Source: a virus (lineage: Duplodnaviria > Caudoviricetes). From it: DNA of 64,000 nt. The DNA is taken from positions 7,123 to 71,122 of IMG/VR virus record IMGVR_UViG_3300016476_001554. One strand, given 5' to 3'. A program made the position numbers and the translations under genes. This document shows positions 8,497 to 18,773 of the stretch, in pieces. Numbering within the stretch: the stretch's first letter is position 1; the number at the start of each line of letters is the position of its first letter. The notes beneath the pieces were generated by a model, which was not told where the DNA came from, made no database searches, and was given only the letters and a program-made list of their open reading frames with translations.

Positions 8497-8805
8497 ATCC
8501 TCATATTTTAAAATTGATTGCATTTTTACTCCATCTAAAACAACTCCTTTTCCTCCATCTAAAACTATTTGATAATTTTTAGATAATGCATTTTTTATCT
8601 CTTCAAAAGATAATCTAGTGTCTCCAACCAAAAACCCTCTTTCTGAAAATACAACCTCCCAAGGCGCTGAAGAACTTTTGTCAAATACAACTTTAACAGG
8701 CTTTTTCTTTCCTTGTTGCGCTTGAGATTGAGCTTGAGCTTCTGCAATAGAAGATGCAAATTGCTCAATTGTTTCCACTAATGTTTTTACTTTATTATTT
8801 GACAC
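8488..8805 (-). CDS. Hypothetical protein
   Basis: Start moved to GTG 8805 (VSNNKVKTL), 14 nt below TATTTATA at 8820-8827. Confidence 0.65.
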   Translation of the reverse strand: MSNNKVKTLVETIEQFASSIAEAQAQSQAQQGKKKPVKVVFDKSSSAPWEVVFSERGFLVGDTRLSFEEIKNALSKNYQIVLDGGKGVVLDGVKMQSILKYEDRV

Positions 8806-8843
8806 GATAAAATATTTATTATAAATATGTAAAAAAAACAAAA

Positions 8844-8870
8844 AAAATAAGCCTCATAGAGGCTTATTTT
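8844..8870 (-). terminator. Intrinsic terminator ending the recA-nrdA run
   Basis: AAAATAAGCCTC-ATA-GAGGCTTATTTT. Confidence 0.8.
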
Positions 8871-8885
8871 TATAGAGATTTTATA

Positions 8886-9080
8886 TTATTGATTGAATCT
8901 AGATTGTAATATCTTATCCATTAATTCATTCATTTTCTTTTCTCTTAAGGCTTTAGCCATAATAGCTAACTTTCTTTTTTTAGCCACAACTTCTCTAGAT
9001 TTTTTAAGTCTTTGAGATCTTTTTGCTCCTCTTTTAACTGCAGCCAATCTTTTCTTTTGATTTTTTTCTGGTTTTTTCAT
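8886..9080 (-). CDS. Small very basic protein
   Basis: MKKPEKNQKKRLAAVKRGAKRSQRLKK..., 64 aa from ATG 9080; 24 K+R residues. Confidence 0.65.
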   Translation of the reverse strand: MKKPEKNQKKRLAAVKRGAKRSQRLKKSREVVAKKRKLAIMAKALREKKMNELMDKILQSRFNQ

Positions 9081-9129
9081 AATTATTATTTTCGTTAAAT
9101 ATAATGAATGTTTCACAAAAATCAAAATG

Positions 9130-11568
9130 TTAACTAGAACACCCAAAACACTCAAATTGGCTATCTACAGGTTTTGTAGGTATGATATCAACCTTAATCT
9201 CTTCTACTTCAGAAACAGGCTTTGCAACAATAGCTTTAGAATTTTGAGAGGAAGCTGATAAATCCACCGCCAAGTGTTTTGCGCCTGTTGATATAGCTCT
9301 AGTTCTTACATAATAACAAAGAGTTTTCAACCCAGACTTCCATGCATGAAAATGACTAGAAGTTATTTTTGACAAAGTTGGGTTTGCCATATAAATATTC
9401 ATAGACTGAGATTGGTCAATAAAAGGTGCTCTATCTGCGGCCATATTTATCAATTCTTTTTGAGATATTTCCCAAATAGTCTTATATTTCTTAATCAAAT
9501 GCTCAACTCTTTTTACTTTTTTAGAATAAGATTTTTCCTCAGGATCCAAATAGTTGTTAAAGTTTATGTTTTGAATAGAACCGTCGTTTAAGATAATTTC
9601 ATTCTTTAACTCTTCTGACCAAATACCTATTTTTTCAAAATCATAAATTAAATATCTATTCACAATCATAATCTCACCACCAACAACTCTTCTATTAAAC
9701 AATGCTGAATGTGCTGGTTCTGTCATTTCAAAAGAACCTGTAATTTTAGCAGAAGAAGCCACTGGCATTTGAGCTGTAAATAAAGAATTACAAACCCCAT
9801 GCTTTTCTACACTTTTCTTTAACTCACTCCAATCCCACATTAAATCACTCTCAGTTAAACCCCACATGTCAAATTGAAATTCTCCTTTTGACACAGGTGA
9901 ACCTTTAAAGTATTTATATGGAGAATATAAACCTTCCTTACACAATTCATTACTTTCTGTAATAGATGCAAAATAAATTGTTTCAAATATTTGTTTATTT
10001 AATTTTTTTGCTTCTTCTGAAGTAAATTCATAATCCATTAAATAAAATACATCAGCTAAACCTTGAGTCCCTATAGCTATAGCTCTTTGTTCTAGCCCTC
10101 CCTTTCTACCTTTTTCTGTAGAATAACTATTTATGTCTATAACTTTATTTAAAGCCTTTACAACTTTTCTTGTTTCTTCAAATAATTTTTGGTAGTTGAA
10201 TTTTCCATCTTCTACGAAATTTTTTAAAACCATAGAAGACAAAGTACAAATAGCTGTAGTTTGCTCATCTGTATATTGATAAATCTCATTACACAAATTA
10301 GATTGTTTAATTACTCCAATGTTTTTGTGATTTGTTTTTTTGTTGGCACTATCCTTAGAACATAAATATGGAACACCAGTTTCTATTTGGGATTCAACTA
10401 TTTTTTTCCAAACGTCAATAGCACTTACCTTTTTACCTAAACCTAATTCTACAGCTTTGTTGTAATTTTCTTCATATTCATCACCATATACTTCTTGTAA
10501 AGGCTTAAGACCTGCTTTTACAACTTCGTTTGGACAAAACAAATACCAATCACCATCAGATTCAACAGCTTTCATAAAATTATCTGGAATCCAAATAGAT
10601 GTAAATAAGTCTCTAGCTCTTAATTCTTCAGCTCCAGTATTTTTCTTGATTTCTAACAAATCAAAAATATCTTTGTGCCAAGGCTCAATATAAATAGCTG
10701 CACTTCCTGGTCTTCTTCCTTGTTGATTAAAAAATCTAAGCGATTCATTTACAATTTTTAAATATTTGAGCAATCCACCTGCAAACCCTCCAGAAGTTTT
10801 AATTCTACTTTCTTTACTTCTAATATTACTCATACACAAACCAATACCTGCTGCATCTGCAGAATATACAGAAATATCTCTTAGCGTGTCCAATAACCCC
10901 TCCCTAGAGTCATCATTATTATAATGCAATACGCAAGATGCTAATTGAGGTATTTTTGTTCCAGAGTTTATCATAATTGGTGTTGCTGGAGAAATAAGCT
11001 GATTAGATAAAGATTCATAATACTCTTTAGCTTGATCTAATGTTTTAGTTACCCACAAAGCAACCCTCAAATACATATGTTGAGGTCTTTCTATAGCTTT
11101 ACCCTCCGAAGTCTTCAAAAGATACATTTCCTGAAGTGATCTCCATGCAAAATAATCAAAATTATAATCTCTATTATGGTTAATAATAGAATCTACATTT
11201 TCTACACCATATTTTTCTATTGTTTCTATTAATTCTGAATTAACAACTCCATCTTCATGTAATTTATTCATAGTTACAGAAAAACTTTCTTCAGTTTCTT
11301 TATGATATGAAGATACAGAAATGTTAGCAGCTAACTTACTATAGTCATGGTGACTTCCAGTGTAAGATGCAGCTATTTCTGCAATTAACTTATCTAACTC
11401 CTTAGTAGAAATTACACCTTCAGTTGGAGCAGATGTAATAACTTTAATGAATATTTCATCACAATTTACACTTAAGCCTTTTGAAGCTTTTTTTATTCTT
11501 GTATGGATTTTTGTTGGATTGAAAGATGTTTCACTTCCATTTCTTTTTTTAATAATTAATGACATCAT
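9130..11568 (-). CDS. nrdA: Class Ia ribonucleotide reductase alpha subunit with ATP cone
   Basis: N-terminal ATP cone (IIKKRNGS), SPATP, QSNLCNEI, GLKTLCYYVR, C-terminal CFGCSS. Confidence 0.97.
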   Translation of the reverse strand: MMSLIIKKRNGSETSFNPTKIHTRIKKASKGLSVNCDEIFIKVITSAPTEGVISTKELDKLIAEIAASYTGSHHDYSKLAANISVSSYHKETEESFSVTMNKLHEDGVVNSELIETIEKYGVENVDSIINHNRDYNFDYFAWRSLQEMYLLKTSEGKAIERPQHMYLRVALWVTKTLDQAKEYYESLSNQLISPATPIMINSGTKIPQLASCVLHYNNDDSREGLLDTLRDISVYSADAAGIGLCMSNIRSKESRIKTSGGFAGGLLKYLKIVNESLRFFNQQGRRPGSAAIYIEPWHKDIFDLLEIKKNTGAEELRARDLFTSIWIPDNFMKAVESDGDWYLFCPNEVVKAGLKPLQEVYGDEYEENYNKAVELGLGKKVSAIDVWKKIVESQIETGVPYLCSKDSANKKTNHKNIGVIKQSNLCNEIYQYTDEQTTAICTLSSMVLKNFVEDGKFNYQKLFEETRKVVKALNKVIDINSYSTEKGRKGGLEQRAIAIGTQGLADVFYLMDYEFTSEEAKKLNKQIFETIYFASITESNELCKEGLYSPYKYFKGSPVSKGEFQFDMWGLTESDLMWDWSELKKSVEKHGVCNSLFTAQMPVASSAKITGSFEMTEPAHSALFNRRVVGGEIMIVNRYLIYDFEKIGIWSEELKNEIILNDGSIQNINFNNYLDPEEKSYSKKVKRVEHLIKKYKTIWEISQKELINMAADRAPFIDQSQSMNIYMANPTLSKITSSHFHAWKSGLKTLCYYVRTRAISTGAKHLAVDLSASSQNSKAIVAKPVSEVEEIKVDIIPTKPVDSQFECFGCSS

Positions 11569-11578
11569 AGTTTATAAA

Positions 11579-12544
11579 TTAAAAATCATCGTCAAATGAA
11601 ATTGTTTCGTTTAATTTTGCTTTTTGGTATTCTACAGTTCTAGACTCGAAAAAATTACCCTTTGTTTCTACAGCTATTTGTTCCATAAACTTAAAAGGTT
11701 GGTCCACATTAAATACTTTTTTGCAACCAAGCTTAACTAACAATTGGTCAGTAACAAATTCTAAATATTGTTTCATCAAATTAGAATTCATCCCTATCAA
11801 AGAAACTGGTAAAGATTCAGTTATAAATTCTTTTTCTATTTCCAAAGCTGATAATAAAATCTCTTTTATTCTTTTTTCAGATGGTTTATTAACAATATGA
11901 TTATTTAATAAGTGAATTGCAAAATCACAATGTAAATTTTCATCTTTAAAAATAAGAGCATTCGCATTACATAAGCCTTGCATTAAACCTCTAGATTTTA
12001 ACCAAAAAATAGAACAAAAAGAACCAGAAAAAAAGATACCCTCAACAGCAGCAAAAGCAACCAGCCTTTCTGCGAAAGATTTGTTTTCAATCCAATTCAA
12101 AGCCCAATTAGCTTTTTTTGCAACAGCTGGAATATTCTCTAAAGCTCTAAAACACTCTAACTTTTCTTTACCATTACTGATGTATGTATCTATCAATAAA
12201 GAATACATTAAACCATGTATATTTTCCATTGCTAGCTGAAATCCATAGAAGAATTTAGCTTCTGGATACTGAACTTCTCTGTAAAAATTTTCTGCTAAAT
12301 TTTCATTTACAATTCCATCTGATGCAGCAAAAAAAGAAAGTATATTTTTAATAAAATACCTTTCATTATCAGATAAATTTTCCCAATCTCTAATATCTCC
12401 AGATAAATCTACTTCCTCCGCAGTCCACAGAGCTGCTTGGTGTTTTTCATAAAATTCCCAAATATCATTATATTCAATTGGAAAGATAACAAACCTATTA
12501 GGGTTTTCTTGTAAAATTGGTTCTTGTGTGTTTTTGTCTTCCAT
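11579..12544 (-). CDS. nrdB: Ribonucleotide reductase beta subunit
   Basis: [49 protein letters not shown]. Confidence 0.97.
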   Translation of the reverse strand: MEDKNTQEPILQENPNRFVIFPIEYNDIWEFYEKHQAALWTAEEVDLSGDIRDWENLSDNERYFIKNILSFFAASDGIVNENLAENFYREVQYPEAKFFYGFQLAMENIHGLMYSLLIDTYISNGKEKLECFRALENIPAVAKKANWALNWIENKSFAERLVAFAAVEGIFFSGSFCSIFWLKSRGLMQGLCNANALIFKDENLHCDFAIHLLNNHIVNKPSEKRIKEILLSALEIEKEFITESLPVSLIGMNSNLMKQYLEFVTDQLLVKLGCKKVFNVDQPFKFMEQIAVETKGNFFESRTVEYQKAKLNETISFDDDF

Positions 12545-12606
12545 ACTCTTTTGTTAATCAATTGTAGAAATAAATAAAATCAAAAAAATAAAATCTTATT
12601 TTTTTT

Positions 12607-14046
12607 TTAAAAATCGTTATCCATCAATATATCATTGATGTTTTCGATGTCATCATCCTTCTTTTTTTCATTTTTTTTGTTGGTTGTCTTTTGGTTTCCA
12701 GACATCATTACACCATCTTCTGGTGGTAAAATTTCAATAAATATTTTATGTGTATCAAAAACAGCTGGTAAATAAAAGCCATCAGATCCATTTCTGTTTT
12801 TTAAAATACCAAAAGTTGCTTCATTTGCTATCTTATTTTCATCTGGTCTACCTATGCCTATAACCAAATCAGCAGTTGCTGCTTTACCTAAAGCTTCTCC
12901 GATTGCATCTAACCCAAATTTATCTTTATTCATACCAGCTCTATTAGTTTGAGATGCAGTCCAAATTGGAACTCCTAACTCAACGGCAATACCTCTAATA
13001 CCCTCATAAATACTAGTAAGTGAATGTCTTTTTTCACTAAAATTAGCTAAAGGCTTCATAATATCAGCATAATCTATAAAAATTATATCTGGAACAAAAT
13101 TCTCATTAGCCTCCAAAGTTCTTAAGTGAGCAAGTATTGTATTTGTTGTAGCCTGACCAGTTGCAAACTCTTTTATAACTAACTGACCACCAGAATTATC
13201 TATGTCTATAGCATTTTCTCTTACAATATCTGGAAACTCCCAAACATCTTTAATTTTAATACCATTTAAACATGCATCAAATCTTTGACCGACTACACTT
13301 TCAGAAAGCTCCAATGTGTAATATACAACTTTTTTTGCATTTAACAATGCTGTAGATGCTATTTTTACTAAAGCCATTGATTTTCCACCACCCGGAGGGG
13401 CTAATACAATAGCCATTTCACCTCCAGCTAGACCACCACCAATATACTTATCTAAACCAGGCATAGCTGGAATAGGAGCTCTAAAATCACGCTCCAATCG
13501 CTTTTCTATATCTCTCAAATAATGATGGCCAGTTTCTTTTGGTTCTCCAGCCTTAAGAGCATTTTCCAACTTAATCTTCATAGAGTCATAATTATGACCC
13601 TTCCAGTCTTTTACTAGTTCAAACAAGCAATTTTTTACACTTTTTTCTTTAAAAAAGTAATAAGCAGAATCCTTTAAATGATTGGAGTTTTCTATTTCTA
13701 TAGACTCAAGTTTATCTACCAATCCTAATAAATGATCTTTCGCTAAACCCTTTTCTTTTTGCCTAATTATATCTTTTAAAGAATTAAACCTAGCTATCTC
13801 CCTATATTTATTATAAAAATCAATTTGATAATTAAGCAAAATCTTTTGGTATGATTCAAAATAATCAACCTGAACAATGTCAATTATTCTCTCAGGAAAC
13901 CCATCCTTATCTGTTATAAAAAGCTTTAAAAATCTATTTTGATAATCTACATCAAATGGTTCAATTTCATCCCCTTTAAAAAAAGAAATTAAATTTTGAA
14001 TATCCACTTCTTGAGTTGGCTCTATTTTCTTATTTTTAATTTCCAT
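12607..14046 (-). CDS. DnaB/T4 gp41-like replicative helicase
   Basis: APPGGGKS Walker A, FIDYAD, WTASQTNR, LKNRNG. Confidence 0.92.
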   Translation of the reverse strand: MEIKNKKIEPTQEVDIQNLISFFKGDEIEPFDVDYQNRFLKLFITDKDGFPERIIDIVQVDYFESYQKILLNYQIDFYNKYREIARFNSLKDIIRQKEKGLAKDHLLGLVDKLESIEIENSNHLKDSAYYFFKEKSVKNCLFELVKDWKGHNYDSMKIKLENALKAGEPKETGHHYLRDIEKRLERDFRAPIPAMPGLDKYIGGGLAGGEMAIVLAPPGGGKSMALVKIASTALLNAKKVVYYTLELSESVVGQRFDACLNGIKIKDVWEFPDIVRENAIDIDNSGGQLVIKEFATGQATTNTILAHLRTLEANENFVPDIIFIDYADIMKPLANFSEKRHSLTSIYEGIRGIAVELGVPIWTASQTNRAGMNKDKFGLDAIGEALGKAATADLVIGIGRPDENKIANEATFGILKNRNGSDGFYLPAVFDTHKIFIEILPPEDGVMMSGNQKTTNKKNEKKKDDDIENINDILMDNDF

Positions 14047-14048
14047 AC

Positions 14049-15074
14049 TTAAATCTTCATTCCTTTTGAATACTCTATTTCTTTGGTCATTATTCTATAA
14101 AAAGGAGAAAAGAAATCTTCCAAACTTCCATTTTGCAAATGACTAATCATTCCATCTTTTATAAAAACACTTATAGCTTGCTCAACACTTCTATCCTCTC
14201 CAAGTGTTCCATACTTTATAGCTTCAACCTTCTGAATTGCTTCATCGTTTAAAAATGGTTTTTTTAAATTCATAAGTCTCGCATTTCTATATAGAATACT
14301 TTCAGCTTCTATTATTTTATCATAAATTTTTAACTTTTTAGTTTTTTGAGCCTCCAAGCTTTCTTCAACTAATCTGCTATACAAATATTTTTCTGTTGCA
14401 ATATTAGGGAAATATTTTATTAAAGTCTCTCTTTTGATCCCTTTTATTCCTTCAATTTTATCAGAAGAGTCTCCTTCAAAGCATTTAAACAACAATTCAT
14501 TCTCAATAGTATGACCATATTTAGACTCATATTCTCTTTTATTTAAAGTAAAAGCACTATCTGAAGTCAGAACACTAACTTTATCAGAAATCAATTGTAA
14601 ATAATCCTTATCTCTACTATATACAACTATTTCTTCGCTATCATTTTCACTCTTTAAGATATATTGAGCTATCAAATCATCAGCCTCTATATAATCCACT
14701 TCAATTTGCCTAACAAACAATTCATCTAAATAGTTTTGTAAAGCTATTTTTTGTTTTAAAAACTCAACCTTTTCTAAATCTTGAGGATTATAAAGGCCAT
14801 CAGTTGCGATGGCCTTTTCAGTTTTTTCCCAATCTTTATTTCTATTTGCTTTATATGGGGGATATATATCATATCTATATTTTCCAGAATGAAAACCATC
14901 CCACATAACAACAACTCTATCTGGCAAAACTTTCTTCATTACAGAACTCAAACTATCTATAAATCCAAAACTACCACCACATAAATGACCAGTACTCGTC
15001 TTTAAATCTTTTCTTTTGTAGAAATTTCTTTTTAAATTCCACTGACCATCAATTAAGAGCGTTTTTATAGCCAT
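14049..15074 (-). CDS. 5'-3' exonuclease (PolI N-terminal / T4 RNase H-like)
   Basis: LLIDG, VVMWDG, YKANR, EADDLI, SRDKDYLQL, GDSSDKIEGIKG. Confidence 0.93.
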   Translation of the reverse strand: MAIKTLLIDGQWNLKRNFYKRKDLKTSTGHLCGGSFGFIDSLSSVMKKVLPDRVVVMWDGFHSGKYRYDIYPPYKANRNKDWEKTEKAIATDGLYNPQDLEKVEFLKQKIALQNYLDELFVRQIEVDYIEADDLIAQYILKSENDSEEIVVYSRDKDYLQLISDKVSVLTSDSAFTLNKREYESKYGHTIENELLFKCFEGDSSDKIEGIKGIKRETLIKYFPNIATEKYLYSRLVEESLEAQKTKKLKIYDKIIEAESILYRNARLMNLKKPFLNDEAIQKVEAIKYGTLGEDRSVEQAISVFIKDGMISHLQNGSLEDFFSPFYRIMTKEIEYSKGMKI

Positions 15075-15091
15075 AATATAATTAACTCGGC

Positions 15092-16159
15092 TTAATCAAC
15101 AGAAACAGAATCCCAACCTTTTTCGTATTCCAAATTCCAATCTGGAGCATATACTTTTTTATACTCATCTAAAGCATTCTTGTCATCTAACACAAAACCA
15201 TGATTTGTACAAACGATTGTACCTTTTGCAGATGTTTCTGTGATATGATTCTTTTCAAGTAATATACCAGACTTAATAGCGTAATTCATTTTTTCACCAT
15301 TTCTAGTAGCATCAACTTTAGCACTTCTAGTCATTACACCTCCCATTCTAAATATTAAAGTAGAAGGCAAAACAAGACTATCACCGCCATAAGGCTCAAT
15401 AGTTGTATTTCTTTTACCCATTTGTATATTTGGAGGTGACATATAACCTTGATTTACCATAAACAAAGTTGCATTATAAGGACAAGATTCAGCTCTGGTG
15501 CCATTTATTCTATGAACTAAATATCTTTGAAATTCTTCTTTCATTACTCTAGCAGCTTTCATCATAGCACCCCCTTCTCCTTCGTCTTCTTTTCTTTCTA
15601 ACTCATCTTTTGTGGGTGTTGCACCTATTGAATCCCATATGAAACAAACATCGAATTTAAAATCTTTTAATTTAGGATTATCTAAATCATCAAGAATTTG
15701 TTTTATATGTAAAGCCCCCTCTTCAATTGTTTTTACATCATTAAAAATGATTGCATTTTCAGGATCAAAACCCATATTTTCTAATCTTTTTACAGAGAAT
15801 TTTCTTTCTGTAATAATAAGTACAGGCACGATTCCTTGTTTTTGAGCATAAGTAGCTAATTCCATAGCCATTGTAGACTTACCAGTATCTGATTTACCAT
15901 AAATCATACACATATGACCAATAGGAATACCTGGAAGATTAAATGTTTGTTTATAAGCAGGGCTCATATCAATCCAATCTTGTTGTTTATACTTTGTCTC
16001 AACAAAGTTAATTTTTGCTTTATAATCCTTTAAGGATGCAAAAGCTTTATTTACTACTGCCTTTTCTTTTACCCCTGAAACCTCTGAAACCTCTAAAATT
16101 TCTCCAGTTTCTATATCAACTAGCTCTTCATCAATTTTTTTTGTTGTTCTCTTTGCCAT
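15092..16159 (-). CDS. RecA/UvsX-like recombinase
   Basis: IYGKSDTGKST, FIWDSIGA, VNQ, GG..L motifs. Confidence 0.88.
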   Translation of the reverse strand: MAKRTTKKIDEELVDIETGEILEVSEVSGVKEKAVVNKAFASLKDYKAKINFVETKYKQQDWIDMSPAYKQTFNLPGIPIGHMCMIYGKSDTGKSTMAMELATYAQKQGIVPVLIITERKFSVKRLENMGFDPENAIIFNDVKTIEEGALHIKQILDDLDNPKLKDFKFDVCFIWDSIGATPTKDELERKEDEGEGGAMMKAARVMKEEFQRYLVHRINGTRAESCPYNATLFMVNQGYMSPPNIQMGKRNTTIEPYGGDSLVLPSTLIFRMGGVMTRSAKVDATRNGEKMNYAIKSGILLEKNHITETSAKGTIVCTNHGFVLDDKNALDEYKKVYAPDWNLEYEKGWDSVSVD

Positions 16160-16190
16160 AATTTTATTTTTAATTTGTTTATTCAGATTA

Positions 16191-16222
16191 CAAATCTACC
16201 AAAGTATTTCTATTTTCTCAAA
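16191..16222 (-). promoter_or_regulatory. Bacteroidota sigma-A-type promoter of the recA run
   Basis: TTTG (16219-16222), 20 nt, TAGATTTG (16191-16198). Confidence 0.65.
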
Positions 16223-16240
16223 ATTTATTTATTAATTTTA

Positions 16241-16255
16241 TCAACATTATGTTGA
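16241..16255. promoter_or_regulatory. Palindromic operator TCAACA-N3-TGTTGA, copy 2
   Basis: TCAACA TTA TGTTGA upstream of the recA promoter. Confidence 0.6.
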
Positions 16256-16259
16256 CAAA

Positions 16260-16281
16260 AAAAGAGCGTTTCCGCTCTTTT
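16260..16281 (-). terminator. Intrinsic terminator insulating the recA promoter
   Basis: AAAAGAGCG-TTTC-CGCTCTTTT. Confidence 0.8.
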
Positions 16282-16289
16282 CAGTTTTT

Positions 16290-16628
16290 TTAATCCATTG
16301 GGGTATTTGCATCTTGCCAATCCAACACCTTTCTATCACCTTCTTGTCGAGTTCTTAAATAAAATATATCTGGATTTTCTTGTTGCTGACCAAAATTTAA
16401 ATATGCTTTACATTGCTTACATTTAATTGTAACATACTTAAATTTTCCTTTAGCAGCGTGAGCACCTAAATCTAAATCTTCACAACCGCACTTTCCACAT
16501 TTGTCTACATTGTTAAATGATAAATTTTTTGATGTCATGACTGCATCAAATAAGTTGTCTCCTTCTACTGAAAATGAATGAATTTCTCTACCAATCTTTT
16601 TTTTCACATAATACGTAATCTTTCCCAT
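16290..16628 (-). CDS. Small zinc-ribbon protein
   Basis: CGKCG and CKQC pairs. Confidence 0.7.
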   Translation of the reverse strand: MGKITYYVKKKIGREIHSFSVEGDNLFDAVMTSKNLSFNNVDKCGKCGCEDLDLGAHAAKGKFKYVTIKCKQCKAYLNFGQQQENPDIFYLRTRQEGDRKVLDWQDANTPMD

Positions 16629-16695
16629 AATAACTCTTAAATTTATTTATATTTCAATAAATAAATATAAACAAATAAAGATGTAAAATCAATAG

Positions 16696-16893
16696 TTATT
16701 TTAGTGGTTTAGATTTAGTTTTTTGACCAGATCTTCTTTTTTTTCTAGCGTCACAATGCGCTTTTTGACTAAACCCTTTTGGGTGCTTGCAGTTTATACT
16801 TTTTTTATATTTTACACTCCAAACTTCTTTGAAAAATTCTCTTATTATATTTCTTATTTCTGCTTCCATTTCAACAATTTTCCTTTGTGACAA
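16696..16893 (-). CDS. Small basic phage protein (WSxKYKxSIxCxxPKGFSQxAHC type)
   Basis: 65 aa, possible start at 16869; IRNIIREFF motif then basic Cys/His segment. Confidence 0.65.
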   Translation of the reverse strand: MSQRKIVEMEAEIRNIIREFFKEVWSVKYKKSINCKHPKGFSQKAHCDARKKRRSGQKTKSKPLK

Positions 16894-17066
16894 TTTTGAG
16901 CAAATTCCTCCGAGCTAATAAACCTCCAAAACTTATCACCTTTTTTTCTCATATAAAAAACAGAACCACCTATATCTCTAACTTGAAATTCTAATTCATG
17001 TTCAGACTCTGATATAATACCAGCTAAATTTTTAATTCTTTTTTTGTACGATTCTGATAAAAACAT
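16854..17066 (-). CDS. Hypothetical protein (LSESYKKRIKNLAGI motif)
   Basis: 70 aa; TATTTATT at 17087-17094 upstream. Confidence 0.7.
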   Translation of the reverse strand: MFLSESYKKRIKNLAGIISESEHELEFQVRDIGGSVFYMRKKGDKFWRFISSEEFAQNCHKGKLLKWKQK

Positions 17067-17105
17067 ATAAACAATCTATCTCTTTAAATAAATAGATTAA
17101 AAGTT

Positions 17106-18749
17106 TTAGTAATTAGAATAAACTATGTTTTGAGATAAATTTTTATAGTCGACACCTATTTTATATGCTAACGTAAATACCATATCATTATGCGTAGATA
17201 AAATATCTCCAATTTCCTTTAAAAGACTTTTTTCTGATGGATGAATATCAAAAACTAAAGAATCATGAACTTGAAAAAGGAACTGACTTTGTTTATTCTT
17301 CAACAAATTCCTTATCTGCCAAACTTTATCTACTATTATTTCAGATGCGGTAGATTGTATATAATTATTAAAACTGGCATGTGTTTTTTCCACTCTCACA
17401 ATAGAACCCCAATCATTAATCAAATAACCCCTATTTGAATAAACTTCTTTTAGTTCATTGGAAATAGATATCAAAGGAGATAAAAAACTTTTTATTAAAT
17501 ACAACTTATACTCAGGCTCTAAAACATTAACCATCTTTTTTAATAGCGTTTCTTCACCTGCTCCATACAAGATAGCGTGATTTAATACTTTGCAAAAATC
17601 TCTCTCTTCTTCTGTTATATTCTCTCTTTGATAAACTATTTTTGCTGTTTCATAATGCAAATCAGAATCTTTATATTTCTGCTTATATTCTTCATCTCTA
17701 CATTTAAATAAAGATATTCTAGTCTCAAAAGATGTATAATCATAAACTAATATATTACCCCCTTCAAACCTAGTTATTATATCCGCTCTATCTTGATTGT
17801 CTTTTTGTAAATTTTGAGGATTGTAGTTGTCGTGCGCTGTTATACGACCTGTTATAGTTCTCTTGTTTGAATAATCTATTCTCGCAAGTTTATAACCTTT
17901 CCTATGCTTAAAATTTAACTTATTATTTTTAAAACTTTCCGAAAAAGCCAATTCTCTAATTGACATCCAAAAAGTAGCTAAATCTCTTTTACACATTCTA
18001 CTTAAAAATCTAACTTCTTCTTGATCTAATGTGATAGAGTTTAGTTTACTCATCAAAAAAGGAGTATATTTAGCAGAATCAAAATTAGGTATAATATTAA
18101 AATACTTCTCACTAGTATCTACACCCATACTAACCCATCTTAGATTTTCAATAGTAACAATTTCATTAATATTATCCAAATCTATATACTCACAAAAATT
18201 TTTATAAGAAAAAGCAACTACATTATAAGAGTTCATAAACTCTGTAATGATTGATTTAAAATTCAATTCCGTTAAATACAAAGATTTTATGTTAATAATA
18301 TAATCACAATTATAATTTCTAACATATAAAGCACCATTATCAAAATAAACAAAAGATTTATAATCTTTATTTAAATTAATGTCACAAAAATTTAAAAAAC
18401 TTAATTCAGAAAACAATGAATCATATTCTATGAAGTTACTTGGCAACCATTTTTTTACTTCTCTATAAAAAAACTCTTCCACTTCAGAAATAAAAAGTTT
18501 TTTATCCTCATCTTGATTATAAACCCAAAATAAATTTTCTTTTATTTTTTTGTCAAATATATTTTGATTTGGGTATTTTTCTTTAACAACACTCCAACCA
18601 ACAATAATTGTTGGTATTTCAAACAAATCACTTTCTTTAAATTCACTAACAACACTCAAGGGATACCCTTTAAGATGCTGCACCAAGAATAAATAATCTT
18701 CTTGATTTGTAGCGATGATATTACCAATACAAAATATACCTTGACTCAT
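17106..18749 (-). CDS. Family A DNA polymerase-like protein, divergent
   Basis: Motif A YDYTSFETR, motif B KVLNHAILYG, motif C QVHDSLVFD; no recognisable exonuclease motifs in N-terminal half. Confidence 0.85.
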   Translation of the reverse strand: MSQGIFCIGNIIATNQEDYLFLVQHLKGYPLSVVSEFKESDLFEIPTIIVGWSVVKEKYPNQNIFDKKIKENLFWVYNQDEDKKLFISEVEEFFYREVKKWLPSNFIEYDSLFSELSFLNFCDINLNKDYKSFVYFDNGALYVRNYNCDYIINIKSLYLTELNFKSIITEFMNSYNVVAFSYKNFCEYIDLDNINEIVTIENLRWVSMGVDTSEKYFNIIPNFDSAKYTPFLMSKLNSITLDQEEVRFLSRMCKRDLATFWMSIRELAFSESFKNNKLNFKHRKGYKLARIDYSNKRTITGRITAHDNYNPQNLQKDNQDRADIITRFEGGNILVYDYTSFETRISLFKCRDEEYKQKYKDSDLHYETAKIVYQRENITEEERDFCKVLNHAILYGAGEETLLKKMVNVLEPEYKLYLIKSFLSPLISISNELKEVYSNRGYLINDWGSIVRVEKTHASFNNYIQSTASEIIVDKVWQIRNLLKNKQSQFLFQVHDSLVFDIHPSEKSLLKEIGDILSTHNDMVFTLAYKIGVDYKNLSQNIVYSNY

Positions 18750-18773
18750 ATAAACATCAAAGTTACTTAAATT

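Noticed and set aside
9130-12544. Introns or inteins in nrdA, nrdB (also dnaE and terminase)
   Set aside because: Lengths are ordinary, motifs are contiguous, no intein C...HN boundaries or LAGLIDADG inserts seen
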